The notes: generated by a model from the letters alone, not told the origin. A stretch of DNA of 64,000 nucleotides from Pseudomonadota bacterium (GCA_021792755.1 JAJYUA010000013.1:12624-76623); one strand, 5' to 3'; shown: positions 1 to 9,769, numbered from the stretch's first letter. Made by a program: numbers and translations.

Positions 1-877
1 GCTCCGGGGGCGCCAGGGTGATGCCGAATTGCGCTCGAAGCTGGCCGTGCGCGCGCTCCACGTCCTTCAGGCCCACCAGCGCCTCGCGCAGCAGCTGGCC
101 CGCCAGGTGCAGCAGGCCCTGGGTCTGCGCCGCGAGCGGCTCGGGCTTGATCCCCGCGCCCCGGCAAAAGGCCCGCAGCGCCGGATCGTGCCGGGAGAGT
201 CCCCTCTCCTCGCCTTCGTGGCCCGACAAGCGAGCCAGACGAGCCATCCGGCGCGCCGCCGTCTCGTCGCTCTGGTCAGCCGGCCGTGTGCGTGGGGCGG
301 AGGAAGGGGCCTGCGATGCGGGACCGGGGGAGCTGTGAGCCGAGGTGCCGCGCGGCGCTGCCGCGGCGGATTCGTGCGACGCGGGCCCCGCAGGCGCTGA
401 CTCGGTCTCGGCAGTGCCGAAGGCGCCCCCGGTGGGGTCCACGGCGAGCAGGTCGTCCAGATCGAGGACGGCGCCAATATCGGTCTGGGCCGGGCCGACC
501 GGATGCACCGCCATGATGCTCGAGGGCATCACGGCCGAATCGCCGGCAGGGGCGTCCTGCAGGCAGACGCTGATGCGGTATTCCCCGATGCGCAGCACGT
601 CGCCCTCGCGCAACCGGTAGTGGTTCGATTCCCGCTTGGCGAGCGGCTCGGCCTCGTCGTTGACGTAAACGCCGTTGGTGCTGATGTCCTGCAGGTAGTA
701 GTGTCCATCCTGGAAATTCACCCGCGCGTGGTGGGCCGAGACGTAGCGCCGGGCATCCGGCAGCACCCAGTCATTGTCGGTCGAGCGGCCGATCGAGCCG
801 CCCTCGACCCCGAAGGTCATGGTGTCGCTGCCGGCCGGTGGCCGGTGCTCGCTGATGACGCGCAGGCGAAGCGCCAT
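1..877 (-). CDS. tagH: Type VI secretion-associated FHA-domain protein TagH (ImpI/VasC family), N-terminal ~292 codons; the 3' end runs off the window
   Basis: Absent from the ORF track because no stop codon lies inside the window. My own minus-strand translation from the ATG at 877..875 stays open down to position 2. It reads MALRLRVISEHRPPAGSDTMTFGVEGGSIGRSTDNDWVLPDARRYVSAHHARVNFQDGHYYLQDISTNGVYVNDE..LREGDVLRIGEYRISV, an FHA fold as at the TagH/Fha N-terminus. A Pro/Ala/Ser linker follows, then ..ALRAFCRGAGIKPEPL..LLREALVGLKDVERAHGQLR, which looks like the TagH C-terminal region. Confidence 0.8.
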   Translation of the reverse strand, partial: MALRLRVISEHRPPAGSDTMTFGVEGGSIGRSTDNDWVLPDARRYVSAHHARVNFQDGHYYLQDISTNGVYVNDEAEPLAKRESNHYRLREGDVLRIGEYRISVCLQDAPAGDSAVMPSSIMAVHPVGPAQTDIGAVLDLDDLLAVDPTGGAFGTAETESAPAGPASHESAAAAPRGTSAHSSPGPASQAPSSAPRTRPADQSDETAARRMARLARLSGHEGEERGLSRHDPALRAFCRGAGIKPEPLAAQTQGLLHLAGQLLREALVGLKDVERAHGQLRAQFGITLAPPE

Positions 878-962
878 GGTGTGCGGCTCGAAGTGATGGA
901 TCCGGGCGGGTGGCGGCATCGGCGCAGCGACCCGATTCCCGGGCGTCTGCGCCGATACCCCC

Positions 963-968
963 TATAAT
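963..968 (+). promoter_or_regulatory. Possible sigma70 -10 box (perfect TATAAT) for the DUF1820-purL unit
   Basis: TATAAT sits 37 nt upstream of the ATG at 1005, in the divergent tagH/DUF1820 intergenic region. A perfect AT hexamer is rare in this GC-rich DNA. No convincing -35 lies 16-18 nt upstream. Confidence 0.3.
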
Positions 969-1004
969 GTGCGCCCCAAGCTAGCAGCGGGTCGTGCCCC
1001 CTCC

Positions 1005-1343
1005 ATGGCAGCCAGTCACATTTTCCGCATTATGTTCGCCAACCAGGGCAAGGTCTACGAGGTCTATGCCCGCAAGGTGAGCCATGGCGAGCTGTTCGGA
1101 TTCATCGAGGTCGAGGACCTGGTCTTCGGCGAGCGCTCCTCGGTGGTGCTCGACCCCTCCGAGGAGCGGATCAAGGGGGAATTCGGCGGGGTCAAGCGTA
1201 CCTTCCTGCCCCTGCACTCGGTGCTGCGCATCGACGAGGTCAAGAAGCAGGGGGTGAGCAAGATCACCGCGCTCGAGGGCGGCGCCACGGTGGCGCAGTT
1301 TCCCATGCCGCTTTACTCCGTTCCCCCCGGCGAGAAAAAATAG
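1005..1343 (+). CDS. DUF1820-family small protein (commonly found just upstream of purL)
   Basis: The ORF 969..1343 was trimmed to its internal ATG at 1005. Sequence [79 protein letters not shown] matches my memory of the DUF1820 pattern. The gene ends 5 nt before purL. Confidence 0.65.
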   Translation: MAASHIFRIMFANQGKVYEVYARKVSHGELFGFIEVEDLVFGERSSVVLDPSEERIKGEFGGVKRTFLPLHSVLRIDEVKKQGVSKITALEGGATVAQFPMPLYSVPPGEKK

Positions 1344-1348
1344 CCCCC

Positions 1349-4300
1349 ATGACCGGGCCCAGCGTTCTCGCGCTGCCGGGCGCCCCGGCGCTTTCCGGTT
1401 TCCGCATCGACAAGCTTCTCGCGCGCCTGCGCCTGCTCGAGCCCGCCGTCGGCGGGGTCAGTGCGCGATTCGTGCATTTCGTGGCGCTGGAGCGCGGGCT
1501 CAGCGCGCAAGAGCGGCAGCGGCTCGAGCGGCTGCTCAGCTACGGCCCGCGCCCCTCCGGCGCGCCAAGCGGCGGGGAGGCGCTGTGGGTGGTGCCGCGG
1601 GAGGGAACGATCTCGCCCTGGTCGAGCAAGGCCACCGACATCGCCCGCGTCTGCGGGCTCGAGACCGTGCAGAGGATCGAGCGCGGCATCGAGTACCGCC
1701 TGGCGGCTGCCGCTGCGCTCGGGAAGCCGACGCTCTCGAGGCTCGCGCCGGCGCTGCTCGATCGCATGACCGAGATGGCGCTGTACGAGGCGGCCGAGGC
1801 CGCGCGCCTGTTCGGCCATGCCTCGCCCAGGCCGTGCAGGCGCATTGCCCTCTCGGGCGGCAGGAGCGCGCTCGAGCAGGCGAACCGGGAGATGGGCCTC
1901 GCGCTGTCGGCGGATGAGATCGACTATCTGCTCGCGAGCTTCCGGCAGCTCGGCCGCGACCCCACCGACGCCGAGCTGATGATGTTCGCGCAGGCCAACT
2001 CCGAGCACTGCCGGCACAAGATCTTCAATGCCCGCTGGATCATCGACGGCGAGGCGCGCGAGGAGTCGCTGTTCGCGATGATCCGCCACTCCCACGCCCG
2101 CCATCCGCAGGGAGTGCTTTCCGCCTATCGCGACAACGCCGCGGTGATCGAGGGTGCTCACGGGACGCGCTACTTCCCCGACCCCCGCACCGGGGCCTAC
2201 CGCGACAGCGCCGAGTTCATCGACATCCTGATGAAGGTCGAGACCCACAACCACCCGACGGCCATCTCGCCTTTCCCCGGCGCCGCGACCGGCTCGGGCG
2301 GGGAGATCCGCGACGAGGGTGCCACGGGGCGCGGTGCGAAACCGAAGGCGGGGCTGACCGGCTTCACGGTGTCGAACTTGCGCATCCCGGGATTCGAGCG
2401 GCCCTGGGAGCAGCCGTTCGGGGCACCGGCGCGCATCGCCTCGGCGCTCACGATCATGCTCGAGGGGCCGATCGGGGCGGCCTCCTTCAACAACGAGTTC
2501 GGCCGTCCGGCGATCTGCGGCTACTTCCGCACCTTCGAGCAGCGCGGTGCGCACGATCCGCCCGGGCGCGTGCGCGGGTACCACAAGCCCATCATGATCG
2601 CCGGCGGGCTCGGCAGCATCCGCCGCGGCCATGTCGAGAAATCCGCAGTGCCGGTGGGCGGCAAGCTCATCGTGCTCGGGGGACCGGCGATGCTGATCGG
2701 CCTGGGCGGCGGGGCCGCCTCCTCGGTCGGCAGCGGCGCTTCGCATGCGGACCTCGATTTTGCGTCCGTGCAGCGGGGCAACGCCGAGATCCAACGCCGT
2801 GCCCAGCAGGTGATCGATGCCTGCTGGGCGCTCGGGGAGGCCAATCCCATCCTGCTCATCCACGATGTGGGGGCGGGAGGGCTGTCGAACGCGGTGCCGG
2901 AGGCGGTGGCGCACAGTCACCGCGGCGCAAAGGTGGACTTGCGCGCGATCCCGAGCGCCGAGCCGGGGATGTCCCCGCTCGAGCTGTGGTGCAACGAGGC
3001 GCAGGAGCGCTACGTCATCGTGGTCGCCGCGGCGGATCTGGCGGCGTTCAGCGCGATCGCCGGGCGCGAGCGCTGCCCGTTCGCGGTCATCGGCGAGCTC
3101 GACGACACGGGCGTGCTCACCGTGCACGATGCGCTGCTCGGCGGCGATCCGGTCGACATGCCGCTCGATGTGCTGCTCGGCAAGCCTCCACGCATGACGC
3201 GCGACGTGCGCAGCGTCGTGCCGGCGGCTCGGGCGCTCGACACCGCTTCGATCGATGTCCGTGAGGCGCTTTATCGCGTGCTGCGACTTGCGGCCGTGGC
3301 CGACAAGACCTTCCTCATCACCATCGGCGATCGGACCGTGGGCGGACTCGTCAGCCGCGATCCGCTGGTCGGGCCCTGGCAGGTGCCGGTGAGCGATGTG
3401 GCGGTGACGCTCGCGGATTATCGCGGCCACGCGGGAGAGGCCATGGCCATGGGCGAGCGTACGCCCGTGGCGGTGCTCGATGCGCCGGCCTCGGGCCGCC
3501 TGGCGGTGGCCGAGGCCCTCACCAACATTCTGGCCGCCGACGTCGATTGCCTCGGCAGCATCCGGTTGTCGGCCAATTGGATGGCCGCCTGCGGTGAGCC
3601 CGGGGAGGACGCGGCGCTCTACGAGACGGTGCGCGCCGTGGGGCGGCAGCTGTGCCCCGCGCTCGGCATCGCCATCCCCGTGGGCAAGGACTCGCTGTCG
3701 ATGCGCACCGGCTGGCAGGATGAGCAGGGCGAGAAGTCCGTGGTCGCGCCCGTTTCCCTCATCGTGTCGGCGTTCGCGCCGGTGGGCGATGCGCGCAAGA
3801 CTCTGACGCCGGAGTTGACCCCGAAGGAGGGTGCGGCGCTGTGGCTGATCGATCTCGCCGCCGGGCAGCGGCGGCTCGGCGGCTCGGCGCTCGCGCAGGT
3901 GTACGGACAGCTCGGCGAGCGGCCCGCGGACCTCGATGATCCGCAGCGGCTGGTGCGCCTGGCCGAAGCGCTCGCCGAGCTGCGCCGCGAGAGCCTGGTG
4001 CTCGCCTATCACGACCGCTCCGACGGCGGCCTCATCGTCGCGGTCCTGGAGATGGCCTTCGCCGGCCACTGCGGCCTCGACATCGACCTGCCCGCGCAGG
4101 GCGGAGCGGCGCTCGCGCAGTTGTTCGCGGAAGAGCCGGGCGTGGTGCTGCAGATCGCAGAGGAGAGCGAGGGCAGGGTTGCGCAGATTCTCGCCCGCCA
4201 CGGCCTGGCGGAGCTCGCGCTGCGGGTCGGTGCGCCCACGCGCCGGATGCAGGTGAGCGTTCGGGTCGGGGGCGAGCGGGTGTTGGATGAGCCGTGGACC

Positions 4301-5251
4301 GCGCTGCGCGCCGCCTGGTCGGAGACCTCCTGGCAGATGCGCCGGCTGCGCGACGACCCGCAGTGCGCCGACGAGGAATACGCCGCGCAGGCCTCGGCGG
4401 AGGACAGGGGCCTCGCGGTGTCGCTGTCCTTTGATCCGGAGGAGGACATCGCCGCCCCGTACATCGCGCGCGGCATTCGTCCCCGGGTGGCGATCCTGCG
4501 CGAGCAGGGTGTCAACAGCCAGACGGAGACGGCGGCGTTCTTCGATCGCGCGGGATTTGCGCCGTACGACGTGCACATGACGGACATCATCACGGGGCGC
4601 CACGACCTGGGCGGGTTCGCGGGCCTCGCGGCCTGCGGGGGATTCTCCTACGGCGATGTGCTCGGCGCGGGTGAGGGCTGGGCGAAGTCGATCCTGTTCA
4701 ACGACAGGCTGCGCGAGCAGTTCCAGGCGTTCTTCGAGCGGCCGGACACCTTCGCCCTCGGCGTGTGCAACGGCTGCCAGATGTTCGCGGCCTTGAAGAG
4801 CATCATTCCGGGCACCTCCCACTGGCCGCGGTTCGTGCGCAACCGCAGCGAGCAGTACGAATCGCGCTTCACGCTGGTGCAGGTGCTGCGCTCGCCCTCG
4901 GTGCTGCTCGCCGGCATGGAAGGCTCGTTCCTGCCGATTGCCGTGGCGCACGGGGAAGGACGCGCGCAGTTCGAGGACGAGGCGGCCGCCGGGTCCTGCG
5001 CCGCGAGCGGGCTCGTCGCCTTCCGCTACGTCGACCATGACCGCAAGGTCGCCACGACCTATCCCGGCAATCCCAACGGCTCGCCCTTCGGCATCGCGGC
5101 GCTCTCGAGCGCCGATGGCCGCGTGACCATCACCATGCCTCATCCCGAGCGCTCGAGCCGCTACCTGCAGAACTCGTGGCGGCCGCAAGGCGCGGGCGAG
5201 TACAGCGGCTGGATGCGGCTGTTCAGGAACGCGCGCCGATTCGCCGGCTGA
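1349..5251 (+). CDS. purL: Phosphoribosylformylglycinamidine synthase, single-chain large form
   Basis: 1300-aa ORF. Motifs: ..[18 protein letters not shown].., [27 protein letters not shown], and a C-terminal glutamine amidotransferase with GVCNGCQM and ..HPERS. Confidence 0.97.
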   Translation: MTGPSVLALPGAPALSGFRIDKLLARLRLLEPAVGGVSARFVHFVALERGLSAQERQRLERLLSYGPRPSGAPSGGEALWVVPREGTISPWSSKATDIARVCGLETVQRIERGIEYRLAAAAALGKPTLSRLAPALLDRMTEMALYEAAEAARLFGHASPRPCRRIALSGGRSALEQANREMGLALSADEIDYLLASFRQLGRDPTDAELMMFAQANSEHCRHKIFNARWIIDGEAREESLFAMIRHSHARHPQGVLSAYRDNAAVIEGAHGTRYFPDPRTGAYRDSAEFIDILMKVETHNHPTAISPFPGAATGSGGEIRDEGATGRGAKPKAGLTGFTVSNLRIPGFERPWEQPFGAPARIASALTIMLEGPIGAASFNNEFGRPAICGYFRTFEQRGAHDPPGRVRGYHKPIMIAGGLGSIRRGHVEKSAVPVGGKLIVLGGPAMLIGLGGGAASSVGSGASHADLDFASVQRGNAEIQRRAQQVIDACWALGEANPILLIHDVGAGGLSNAVPEAVAHSHRGAKVDLRAIPSAEPGMSPLELWCNEAQERYVIVVAAADLAAFSAIAGRERCPFAVIGELDDTGVLTVHDALLGGDPVDMPLDVLLGKPPRMTRDVRSVVPAARALDTASIDVREALYRVLRLAAVADKTFLITIGDRTVGGLVSRDPLVGPWQVPVSDVAVTLADYRGHAGEAMAMGERTPVAVLDAPASGRLAVAEALTNILAADVDCLGSIRLSANWMAACGEPGEDAALYETVRAVGRQLCPALGIAIPVGKDSLSMRTGWQDEQGEKSVVAPVSLIVSAFAPVGDARKTLTPELTPKEGAALWLIDLAAGQRRLGGSALAQVYGQLGERPADLDDPQRLVRLAEALAELRRESLVLAYHDRSDGGLIVAVLEMAFAGHCGLDIDLPAQGGAALAQLFAEEPGVVLQIAEESEGRVAQILARHGLAELALRVGAPTRRMQVSVRVGGERVLDEPWTALRAAWSETSWQMRRLRDDPQCADEEYAAQASAEDRGLAVSLSFDPEEDIAAPYIARGIRPRVAILREQGVNSQTETAAFFDRAGFAPYDVHMTDIITGRHDLGGFAGLAACGGFSYGDVLGAGEGWAKSILFNDRLREQFQAFFERPDTFALGVCNGCQMFAALKSIIPGTSHWPRFVRNRSEQYESRFTLVQVLRSPSVLLAGMEGSFLPIAVAHGEGRAQFEDEAAAGSCAASGLVAFRYVDHDRKVATTYPGNPNGSPFGIAALSSADGRVTITMPHPERSSRYLQNSWRPQGAGEYSGWMRLFRNARRFAG

Positions 5252-5337
5252 GGCCGGCCGCTCGATCCAGCGGCGAACGCCAGGGCGTGCCGAGAGCGAT
5301 CAGCGCAGCCCTCCCGGCCATGCTTCCTCTCGCCCGC

Positions 5338-5724
5338 TCAGGCGATCATGTCCACCAGGGCGCTCGCGCCATGGGCCCAGCTTTGCAGCAGCGCAGCCAG
5401 GTGCAGCAGGTCGGGACTCGGGATCTGCTGCAGCACCTGGCCGGTGGAGGCGTTCGTGATCTCGGCGACGGTCAAGCCCGTCTGGGGATTGACGCGCAGG
5501 ATCAGCACGCGGTCGATTTCGGCGAGGCGGGAATTGATTTGCGCGACCGACTGCTCGATGGGATCCGGCGCCGCCGGCGCGTGCGAGCTCGCCTCGGCGG
5601 CGGCTTGGGCCGCTTGCGCCGGGCGGGGCGAGCGTTGAGGCGTTGGATTCGCCTCCGCGGAGCGCGAGCCGAAACCCAGGCCCTCCGCGGCGCCCACCGA
5701 AATCGAATCATGCTCCTCGTTCAT
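5338..5724 (-). CDS. flaG: FlaG-family flagellar protein
   Basis: 128 aa. The C-terminal part, RVLILRVNPQTGLTVAEITNASTGQVLQQIPSPDLLHLAA, fits the FlaG pattern (TG-x-V-x-x-QIP). Lies downstream of fliS in the filament operon. Confidence 0.7.
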   Translation of the reverse strand: MNEEHDSISVGAAEGLGFGSRSAEANPTPQRSPRPAQAAQAAAEASSHAPAAPDPIEQSVAQINSRLAEIDRVLILRVNPQTGLTVAEITNASTGQVLQQIPSPDLLHLAALLQSWAHGASALVDMIA

Positions 5725-5767
5725 GACTCACCCTGCGCAGAGGCCAGCGGGCCGGGCGGGCTTGCCT

Positions 5768-6196
5768 TCAGCCCGGGGGCGTCGCCCGCGATCCCTGGCC
5801 TCTCACCTGCGGCCCGATCGCGGCCCAGGCCTCGCGGATCTCCCCGAGAAGACCCAACACCTCGCCGATCGCTCCCTTGTCGCCGTTCAGGTTGGCGTGC
5901 AGCAGCCGGCGCACCATGTACTCGTACAGCTCGCTCAGGTTCTGCGCCAGCGCGCCCCCCTTTTGCATATCGAGGCTGCCGCGCAGCTCCCCGAGCAGCG
6001 TGATCGAGCTGTGCAGCAGGCCCGCCTTGCCGGCGGTCTGCCCCTGCTCGATGCAGGCGCGCGCCGCCGTCAGACGGCCGATGACCGCATCGAACAGGGT
6101 CAGCACCAGTCCGTGAGGATCGGCGCTCGCCACGATGCCGTGGGCATTGACGCTGCGGTACGCGGCGACCTTCGATTGCGGGGAGTAGAGGCTCAC
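5768..6196 (-). CDS. fliS: Flagellin-specific export chaperone FliS
   Basis: 142 aa with a GTG start. AAYRSVNAHGIVASADPHGLVLTLFDAVIGRLTAA..I..LR.SLD...GG.LA.NL..LY.Y is typical of FliS. Confidence 0.9.
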   Translation of the reverse strand: MSLYSPQSKVAAYRSVNAHGIVASADPHGLVLTLFDAVIGRLTAARACIEQGQTAGKAGLLHSSITLLGELRGSLDMQKGGALAQNLSELYEYMVRRLLHANLNGDKGAIGEVLGLLGEIREAWAAIGPQVRGQGSRATPPG

Positions 6197-6226
6197 GTTC
6201 TGTCGCTCTGAATCCTGGTATGCACT

Positions 6227-6253
6227 GTAGCGGCCTCGATTGCCCCGACTTGA
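6227..6253 (-). promoter_or_regulatory. Weak sigma28-like promoter upstream of fliS-flaG
   Basis: The minus strand reads TCAAGTCG-N11-GCCGCTAC in the fliD-fliS intergenic region. It has the same TCAAG -35 variant and N11 spacing as the fliC and che promoters. The -10 matches GCCGATAA at only 6 of 8 positions. Confidence 0.35.
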
Positions 6254-6266
6254 GCCGCGCGGGGCT

Positions 6267-7685
6267 TCATCCGTTGGCGGTTCCCTTGGGGGCGTTCGGC
6301 AGGGTGGCGAACGCCTGCGTCAGGTACGAGGAGGTGCTCTGCAGCTGCGAGAGCAGCGCGTTGAGGGCGGAGTACTGCTGGGTGAGGCTCGCCGAGAGCG
6401 CGCTCATCTGCGTGCTCAGCTGCTGGCTCTGCTGGGTGAGCGCGTTGTTCTGCTGAACCAGCGACTGGCTGAGCGAGGCGATCGGGCCGTTGCTGCCGAG
6501 CTCGCCGCCGAGGATCGTGCTCAGGCTCGAGGCGACGCCGCCCGCGCCGCCGAACAGGTTGCTCACGGCGCTGAAGTCGGAGTTGAGCGCCACCGCCAGC
6601 TGCGCCGAGTTGAGGCTCAGGCTGCCGTCGCTGTTGCTCGTGATGCCGATGCTCGCCAGGCTGGTGTAGGTCGAGGAGCCGGTGTCGACGAGGCCGTAGA
6701 GCGCCGCCTGAATCTGGCTCTGCGCGTCCGTCAGGGCCGCGTTGCCCATGAGAGGGCCGGCGGTGCCCGTGGTCGCGTCGTAGCCGCCGAGCTGCGAGAA
6801 GTTGCTCTCCAGCTTGTTGTAGGCGCTCACGAACGACTGGATGTTGCTCTCGATCGTCGCGGTGTTGTCCGCGACGGTGAGGCTCGCGGCAGACGAGGTG
6901 GTGGTCTGAAGATTCAGCGTGACGCCGCTCAGCGCGCCGGTGACGGTGTTGCTCGGGCTGGTGTAGCCGATGCCCGCGATGCTGAAGCTGGCGTCCTGGG
7001 CCGCGGTCTGCTGGCTGTAGTTCGTGCTGCCGGAGCTGTAGGTGAGAGCCGAAAGGCCGTTGCCGCTGTCGGTCTCGGCGATCGAGATGGTGTTCGAGGC
7101 GCCGGTGAGGGTGGAGGTGAGCACCAGGTGCGCGCCGCTCGTGCCGGTGACGACGCTCGCCTCGATGCCGGGGTTGCCGCTTGCGGAATTGATCGCGGCG
7201 GCGATGCCGGAGAGCGTGTCGTTGCCGCTGCCGATGGTGACGGAGAAGCTGCTGGCGCCGAGCGACAGCTCAAGTGTGCCGGTGCCGACCGTGGCGGAGC
7301 TGCTGCTGTAGGCGCTGCTCGAGACGATCTGCTGGGCCTGGGCGAGCTGGCTGATCGACACGCTGTAGGAGCCGAGCGTCGCACCCGAATCGACCGTGGC
7401 CGTGAAGGCTGCGGTGTTGCTGCTCGTGGCGCTGAGCGAGCCGAAGGCGGCCGGCGTATCGATCGCCGCGAGGGATGATTGGAAAGCGGAGAGAGCGCCT
7501 TTCAGCTGCCCGACGGCGGACATTTCCGAGGTGACCGCCTGGGTCTGATTCTTGATGAGGGCCTCCTGCGGAGCCTGGGCGGCGGCGAGCAGCTGCGAGA
7601 CCAGGGAGGAGACATCGATGACCGAGCCGCCGGCGGCGCCGGCGCTGGTGCCGCTTGCGATCGAGACGGGTGACGTGGACGACAT
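6267..7685 (-). CDS. fliD: Flagellar filament cap protein FliD
   Basis: The ORF 6267..7715 was trimmed to the ATG at 7685, which has a GAGGAG Shine-Dalgarno 9 nt upstream. N-terminus ..SGTSAGAAGGSVIDVSSLVSQLLAAAQAPQEALIKNQTQ and C-terminus ..LTQQYSALNALLSQLQSTSSYLTQ are typical of FliD. Confidence 0.92.
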   Translation of the reverse strand: MSSTSPVSIASGTSAGAAGGSVIDVSSLVSQLLAAAQAPQEALIKNQTQAVTSEMSAVGQLKGALSAFQSSLAAIDTPAAFGSLSATSSNTAAFTATVDSGATLGSYSVSISQLAQAQQIVSSSAYSSSSATVGTGTLELSLGASSFSVTIGSGNDTLSGIAAAINSASGNPGIEASVVTGTSGAHLVLTSTLTGASNTISIAETDSGNGLSALTYSSGSTNYSQQTAAQDASFSIAGIGYTSPSNTVTGALSGVTLNLQTTTSSAASLTVADNTATIESNIQSFVSAYNKLESNFSQLGGYDATTGTAGPLMGNAALTDAQSQIQAALYGLVDTGSSTYTSLASIGITSNSDGSLSLNSAQLAVALNSDFSAVSNLFGGAGGVASSLSTILGGELGSNGPIASLSQSLVQQNNALTQQSQQLSTQMSALSASLTQQYSALNALLSQLQSTSSYLTQAFATLPNAPKGTANG

Positions 7686-7765
7686 CTCAGAGGCTCCTCG
7701 ACGGCATCGGCGCACCCGCCGCCCGGGGGCGGCGGCCAGACCCTCGAGGAGCGCAGGCGCACGGG

Positions 7766-7802
7766 CCCCCGGGGCGGGGCCTTGCGGCGCCCGCCCCGGG
7801 GG
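7766..7802. terminator. Strong all-GC hairpin downstream of fliC (13-bp stem, 11-nt loop)
   Basis: CCCCCGGGGCGGG (7766-7778) pairs perfectly with CCCGCCCCGGGGG (7790-7802). It begins 45 nt after the fliC stop codon. The T-run (7809-7817) is on the plus strand, not on the fliC strand. Confidence 0.45.
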
Positions 7803-7846
7803 TCGTCCTTTTTGTTTCTGGGCTCATGTGCTCCCGGGCCCGGGCC

Positions 7847-9571
7847 TTACGGCAGCTTCTGCAGCAGCGTGAGGATGTTCTGCGGGATGGTGTTCGCCTG
7901 AGCCACCATCGCCGTGCCCGCCTGCTGCAGGATCTGCGCCTTGGAGAGGTTCGACGTCGCCTGGGCGTAGTTCGTGTCCACGATCTGGCTCTTGGCCGCG
8001 GACAGGTTCTGAGAGTCGGTCTGCAGGCCCGTGACCGCCGCCTGGAAGCGGTTCTGATACGCGCCGAGAGCCGCCCCGCTCGTGGCGAGCTGCTGCAACG
8101 CGTTGTCGATGGAGATCAGGGTGAGATTCGAGGAGTCCACCGTTGTGACGTTGACACCGTTCAGATACTGAGTGCCGGAGGAGGCTGTGGCCGTCGTGCC
8201 CGCCACTCCGGCAGTCGTGACGGAGGAAGAGGTGCTGCTGAATCCCTGTGAGAAGCTGCCGCTGATGCCCGTCCCAGCGGTAAACGAGTCGCTGTTGACG
8301 ATGAAAGAGCCGTTCTTGCTGGTGATCGTCAGGTTGCCGGCGCTCGCCGTCACTTTGTAGCCGGCGGCAGTGAAGCTGGTGGCGGAGCCACCGAGCGCGG
8401 TCGCGATCGCCGCAGCATCGGCCGTTGCACCCCCTCCGAGGCCGGTCACACTGCCGGAACTATATTGTGTCCCATTGATCGTGACGGTATACGTGCCCGA
8501 ACCCGTGGTACCGGACGTCGCCTCCGTGATCGTGTCGGTGGCCGTACCGGTCACTCCGTTCGTCGGCAGGGTCGCGCCACTGAAGTACGTGCCGATGACA
8601 TCCTGGCTGTCGACCCCCAGGTTCTGCAGCGTCGACGAGCCGGCGTTCACGCTGCTGCCGGACGCATTGGTGGCACTTGCGACCGAGAACGTGACCACGT
8701 GGCCGGTGCCCGCGGCCGCGGTGCCGTTCATCTGGATCCCGGTGCCCCCGGCGTTCACCGTGGCGACGATTCCGCCGACCGGGCTCACCGCCTGGTTGAT
8801 CGCGGCGGCGATGCTCTTCAGATCGGTGCTCTGATTGCCGGTGAGCGTGACCGCGTTCGTGGTGTAATTGGTGCCGTCGACATTGACATTCAGCGTCACC
8901 GAGCTGCCGCTGACGGCCGTGCCTAGACCGGCGGTGGTGGCGAGCGTGCCGGCATTGTAGCTGCCGGCGGTCGGCGTGCCGGCGCTCGTATAAACAGTGC
9001 TTCCGGAGGCCGTCTGCACCGAGGAGTCGGCGACCGCCAGGCTTCCGTTGTAGTAGTTGCCGATGGCCGTGGTGTTGGCGCTCGCGACCGCGCCGACGGT
9101 GATCGACTGGCCGGCGTTGGCGCCGACCTGGAAGGTCGCGCCCTGGAAGGTGCCGTCGAGCAGGTTCACGCCGTTGAACGAGGCGGTCTGGGCGACCTGG
9201 TTGATGTCGGCGGCGAGCTGCTGGAACTGCTGGTTGAGATCGGCGCGGTCCTGGGCGCTGTTGGTCGCGTTGAGCGACTGCACGGCGAGGTTGCGCATGG
9301 TCTGCAGGTCGTTGGTGATCTGCTGCAGCGAGCCCTGGGCGGTCTGCGTGAGCGACACGCCATCGTTGGTGTTGTTGATGGCGGTGTTCAAGCCGTTGAT
9401 CTGCGAGGTCATGCCCTGCGCGATGGCGTAGCCGGCGGCGTTGTCGGCCGCGCTATTGATCTGCAGGCCGGACGACAACTGCTGCAGGGAGGTCGTCAGC
9501 TGATTGCCCGATGCGGTCAAGCTGTTCTGCGCGATCAGCGCGTCGATGTTCGTGTTAAGGACGAGTGACAT
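7847..9571 (-). CDS. fliC: Flagellin (large, 574 aa, long Ser/Thr/Gly-rich central domain)
   Basis: N-terminus MSLVLNTNIDALIAQNSL..LSSGLQINSAADNAAGYAI and C-terminus ..AQILQQAGTAMVAQANTIPQNILTLLQKLP. An AGGAG Shine-Dalgarno lies 9 nt upstream of the ATG. Confidence 0.97.
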   Translation of the reverse strand: MSLVLNTNIDALIAQNSLTASGNQLTTSLQQLSSGLQINSAADNAAGYAIAQGMTSQINGLNTAINNTNDGVSLTQTAQGSLQQITNDLQTMRNLAVQSLNATNSAQDRADLNQQFQQLAADINQVAQTASFNGVNLLDGTFQGATFQVGANAGQSITVGAVASANTTAIGNYYNGSLAVADSSVQTASGSTVYTSAGTPTAGSYNAGTLATTAGLGTAVSGSSVTLNVNVDGTNYTTNAVTLTGNQSTDLKSIAAAINQAVSPVGGIVATVNAGGTGIQMNGTAAAGTGHVVTFSVASATNASGSSVNAGSSTLQNLGVDSQDVIGTYFSGATLPTNGVTGTATDTITEATSGTTGSGTYTVTINGTQYSSGSVTGLGGGATADAAAIATALGGSATSFTAAGYKVTASAGNLTITSKNGSFIVNSDSFTAGTGISGSFSQGFSSTSSSVTTAGVAGTTATASSGTQYLNGVNVTTVDSSNLTLISIDNALQQLATSGAALGAYQNRFQAAVTGLQTDSQNLSAAKSQIVDTNYAQATSNLSKAQILQQAGTAMVAQANTIPQNILTLLQKLP

Positions 9572-9665
9572 GGTCTTAAGCTCCTGAAGGTTCGGTCAGG
9601 CGCCGGACACCCGTCCGCCGCGCTGGTGGGAGGCGCCGGCTTCGGGCGCGTCCCATTCAGCGTCG

Positions 9666-9692
9666 TTATCGGGAGCGTCCCGGCGAACTTGA
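9666..9692 (-). promoter_or_regulatory. sigma28 (FliA) promoter of fliC
   Basis: The minus strand reads TCAAGTTC-gccgggacgct-CCCGATAA. This is TCAA-N15-CCCGATAA against the consensus TAAA-N15-GCCGATAA. It sits about 95 nt upstream of the fliC ATG. Confidence 0.7.
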
Positions 9693-9714
9693 ATGCCAGG
9701 GGGGCGGGGTTGCG

Positions 9715-9757
9715 AAAATGCGCCTTGCGTCACAGTCGGGACTCCTCGGGAAGGCGC
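9715..9757 (-). terminator. Possible terminator after flgL
   Basis: On the minus strand GCGCCTT (9757-9751) pairs with AAGGCGC (9726-9720) and is followed by ATTTT. The loop is long (24 nt), so this is only a weak candidate. Confidence 0.25.
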
Positions 9758-9769
9758 TCGACCACGGCG

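Noticed and set aside
935-960. GCCGATAC, a sigma28 -10-like octamer in the tagH/DUF1820 intergenic region.
   Set aside because: The -35 position 11 nt upstream reads CCGATTCC, which does not resemble TAAAGTTT or TCAAG. The downstream genes (DUF1820, purL) are not motility genes.
1313-5188. 1291-aa ORF antisense to purL. Similar very long antisense ORFs: 28079..30892, 35596..38001, 43753..46605, 54444..56813, 57811..59628, 6240..7478, 17893..19230.
   Set aside because: These are typical high-GC artefacts. The translations are Arg/Gly/Ala/His/Pro-rich with no recognisable motif. Each lies fully opposite a gene with unmistakable conserved motifs (PurL, MCP, CheA, FlhA, FliF, FliI, FliD, FlgE/FlgD).
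7686-7765. A possible sigma54 or sigma28 promoter for fliD (GGTCTGGCCGCCGC and GCCGATGC).
   Set aside because: The GG-N10-GC match lacks the TGGCAC and TTGC context, so it is expected by chance in GC-rich DNA. The GCCGATGC -10-like element has no TAAA/TCAA element at the correct distance.
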